Origin: Haliotis rufescens
Taxonomy: Eukaryota
DNA: 64,000 bases
NCBI RefSeq assembly: GCF_023055435.1
Contig: NW_025963791.1
Span: 31,496,001 to 31,560,000 of the forward strand
Reading direction: 5' to 3'
The position numbers were made by a program, and so were the translations under genes. The notes under the pieces are model-generated. The model had not been told where the DNA came from, made no database searches, and worked only from the letters and a program-made list of their open reading frames with translations. Each line of letters begins with the position of its first letter. The first letter of the stretch is position 1. This document shows positions 62,201 to 64,000 of the stretch, piece by piece.

Positions 62201-64000
62201 GTGAATGCATCTCCTTTCTTAGCACAGTTTGTAAGTCAGGAAAATGCCAAGAAGCATCAGGGTGATCTCCCATTAGCAGCAGAAACTGTGCAAAAAGCAA
62301 CATATATGGACGATAGCATGGACTCTGTGGAGGATGACAATACAGCTATTGAGTTGTATAGACAGTTGGTAGATCTTTGGAGTAGAGCTGGGATGCGCCC
62401 TAGAAAGTGGCTTTCAAATTCCCACCAAGTACTCAATCAGATACCTGTTGAAGACAGATTGTCAGAAGTTCAGTTGAACAGTAGCTACTTACCTTCAGCA
62501 AAGACGCTCGGTCTCATGTGGATAGCTGAAAGAGATGTCTTTACTTTCACTTCCCACATACCTGAAATGAACTCCACGATATCTAAAAGAATCTTTCTTC
62601 GTCAAATAGCAAAGCTATTTGATCCTTTAGGATTTCTTGCACCCTTTACTGTGAGGGCAAAGATCATTTTGCAAGAAATGTGGACAGCAGGGTTAGATTG
62701 GGATGAAGAACTAGACAATAATCTGAAAAGGAAAGCATGTCAGTGGTTCATGGAACTGGAAGATCTTGCACTTATCCAGGTACCAAGATGTTTGCGCTGT
62801 GGTCACGAGGTCAAAGAAACTACACTCCACAGCTTTGTAGATGCATCTGAGGATGCATATGGTGCTGTAGTGTATGCTGTGAATACTTACCAGAATGATG
62901 AAATCTCCAGTGTCATAATTGCTGCAAAAGGACGAGTAGCACCACTGAAACCCATTAGCATTCCACGCATGGAATTTATGGCAGCTGTTACTGGACTCAG
63001 ATTATCTGTTGCAATAACAAAGGCATTGGAAGTGTCAATAGATATCGTAACATTTTGGACAGACAGTTCAAATGTGTTGTCATGGATAAAGAACCATAGC
63101 CGAACATTCAAACCCTTTGTTGCAAACAGAGTCAGTGAAATTCAAGAGATTACGAATCCATATCAATGGCGGTATGTACCAACTGCTAAAAATCCAGCAG
63201 ATATGTTGACCAGAGGAATAGCTGCATCAAAGTTGATTGATAATCAAAGTTGGTGGTCAGGACCCCCTTTCTTGACTAGAGATGAAGGTGAATGGCCCCA
63301 AAGACTATCTGAAATAGAAAGTAAAAAGACATGTAAGCTAGAAAATGAAACTCTGAAAGAAAACAAGATCATTACAATGGTAGTGAACAAATCATCGTGT
63401 GATGAATGGAGACTAAAAGCTACAAGATACTCAGATTGGAAAAGACTGGCAAGAATCCAAGCTTGGGTATACAGATTCTTGAACAACTGTGTTGCACAAA
63501 ATCATCAAAGGATCTCCGGGGAACTAACAGCAGAAGAAATTGAAACTGCACAGTTCAAAATCATAGCACAAGTGCAGAGAGAAGAATTTCCAGCTGAATA
63601 CTCCTGCCTTGATAAGAGAAAACCATTGCCAACCAACAGTAAACTCTTGGGATTACAACCGAAGTTGGATGAATGTGGAGTGATGAGATCTGATGGACGA
63701 TTGGCTTATGCTGAGCATCTATCTCCAGAGTCAAGGTTTCCAATCATCTTGCCACGCAGAAACTGGATCACAACATTGATTGTGAAATCTTATCATGAGG
63801 AAGGACAGCATGTTACCGGAACTAATCAGACATTAGCGGCACTCTCAGCGAAGTTTTGGATCCTCTCTGGTAGAGAGGAAATTCGAGAATGGGAGCGGGT
63901 ATGTTCACAATGTCGAAAACAGAAAGCAAAAGTGGCGCACCAGATCATGGCTCCTCTCCCAGAAATGAGACTAACACCTTCTCTACGTGCTTTCACACAG
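59300..64000 (+). CDS. Bel/Pao gag-pol polyprotein, open to the window edge
   Basis: ATG 59300; zinc knuckles CIVC..H..C, CFRC..H..C, CGMNGC..H..LLH; protease LLDDAS; RT YMDD; RNase H FVDASEDAYG; integrase HH-CC. Confidence 0.93.
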   Translation, partial: MAEPQKATSDTVLVLKSETLMSDFGKSNESKPAVEEVLLKLKKQKASAKTAFTKAKNKLYNMTEGKDVPTRRSVRDQMDQLCIVQAMEVMLMLSEEYSKNNDVANSKKLSIEITRLEDETESAQQHAQQYLNCRSDASSVLSLRTGMSMLFNQKQEHGKSQKQECPGEKGKDVEQAQNESIKTFVRSEHELGQPKDMFTVGRSHVEPSSLSNKPDKSAIGHDMWKQLQRVSMSVFAGDVRSYQSWKAAFIACIDNSPATPEYKLLQLRQYLAGEALRVIRDLGHNAVAYQVALERLERKFGGMRRQIALHLEELDNFKPIRPGHAKDLDRFADMLDAAVVNLRESDRVEELGNGLLYMKLLKKMTEAMVTEYQRWVFDRQRQESVETLREWVLQEAEFQTIAAETIHGVCDKSLKSEHKRTPRTFLGHDSNQKPGGHYAGVKSLCIVCKEPHDVWNCRKFTALKVQDRWNKAKELNLCFRCLGSNHRGKHCWRTRLCGMNGCRSNHNRLLHVDRDRVDSTADVEKASVPLNKIEHTDNSSKEQAERSHATNMASNVASKSSFIGLRTVPVILKHGNRRVTVNALLDDASTRSYINADVAAELGLQGKTKQVTVNVLNDEKATFETMPVEFGLESKGGEVDVNISAFTTTKVTGDLQVVDWQKYGKLWTHLQDIDFPKIASPPIVDVLIGMDNSELHYSYSEVRGNPGEPLARLTPLGWTCIGNIAGTGSDNQTHFSSTFFSHSNADDQDLNMLLHRFWEVEKFQSKETENISPEDKNVYNRVKDALTYEDGHYQIGIPWKKEVHALPSDNYQMALSRLESTEKKLEKDETIAAAYDTVISQYHTNGYIRKVPTEEMTNTGKWYLPHFPVVRLDRLTTKVRIVFDASAKYKGISLNEVIHQGPKLQRELFDVLLRFRRNPVALMSDIAEMYLQVKISPDDRPYHRFLWRSMKRDEQPTEYEFSRVVFGVNASPFLAQFVSQENAKKHQGDLPLAAETVQKATYMDDSMDSVEDDNTAIELYRQLVDLWSRAGMRPRKWLSNSHQVLNQIPVEDRLSEVQLNSSYLPSAKTLGLMWIAERDVFTFTSHIPEMNSTISKRIFLRQIAKLFDPLGFLAPFTVRAKIILQEMWTAGLDWDEELDNNLKRKACQWFMELEDLALIQVPRCLRCGHEVKETTLHSFVDASEDAYGAVVYAVNTYQNDEISSVIIAAKGRVAPLKPISIPRMEFMAAVTGLRLSVAITKALEVSIDIVTFWTDSSNVLSWIKNHSRTFKPFVANRVSEIQEITNPYQWRYVPTAKNPADMLTRGIAASKLIDNQSWWSGPPFLTRDEGEWPQRLSEIESKKTCKLENETLKENKIITMVVNKSSCDEWRLKATRYSDWKRLARIQAWVYRFLNNCVAQNHQRISGELTAEEIETAQFKIIAQVQREEFPAEYSCLDKRKPLPTNSKLLGLQPKLDECGVMRSDGRLAYAEHLSPESRFPIILPRRNWITTLIVKSYHEEGQHVTGTNQTLAALSAKFWILSGREEIREWERVCSQCRKQKAKVAHQIMAPLPEMRLTPSLRAFTQ

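Noticed and set aside
59414-63743. Minus-strand ORFs over the LTR element
   Set aside because: Antisense to the gag-pol frame

Overview
AT-rich, intron-containing animal DNA. The (ACTC)n-tailed tRNA-SINEs, the TE spectrum and the TRIM-NHL expansion suggest a mollusc, possibly an abalone-like gastropod; this is inference. The backbone is a minus-strand tandem cluster of TRIM56/TRIM2-3-like RING-Bbox-coiled coil-NHL E3 ligase genes. Each has a RING exon, a phase-1 intron and one large exon. Copy D is intact and full length (35634-37941, about 650 aa). Copy B is full length but has a SINE inside B-box2 (11554-19553). Copy E is intact but lacks B-box2 and the coiled coil (44602-46392). Copy F stops at the start of the NHL domain (51418-53755). 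Relics lie at 2555-3332, 24553, 29218-29597, 31311-32141 and 39556-39701. NHL loops are hypervariable between copies. Bases about 470-7740 duplicate about 40230-58740 with an 8.8-kb internal deletion. Other content: an R4/Dong-type LINE in a (TAA)n tract with a convincing HDV-like ribozyme at its 5' end; a hammerhead-like motif; L2, CR1, RTE-X and Penelope fragments; mariner and Tc1 relics; MITEs and fold-back hairpins; 28-bp and 49-bp minisatellites; and an apparently intact Bel/Pao LTR retrotransposon running off the right edge.
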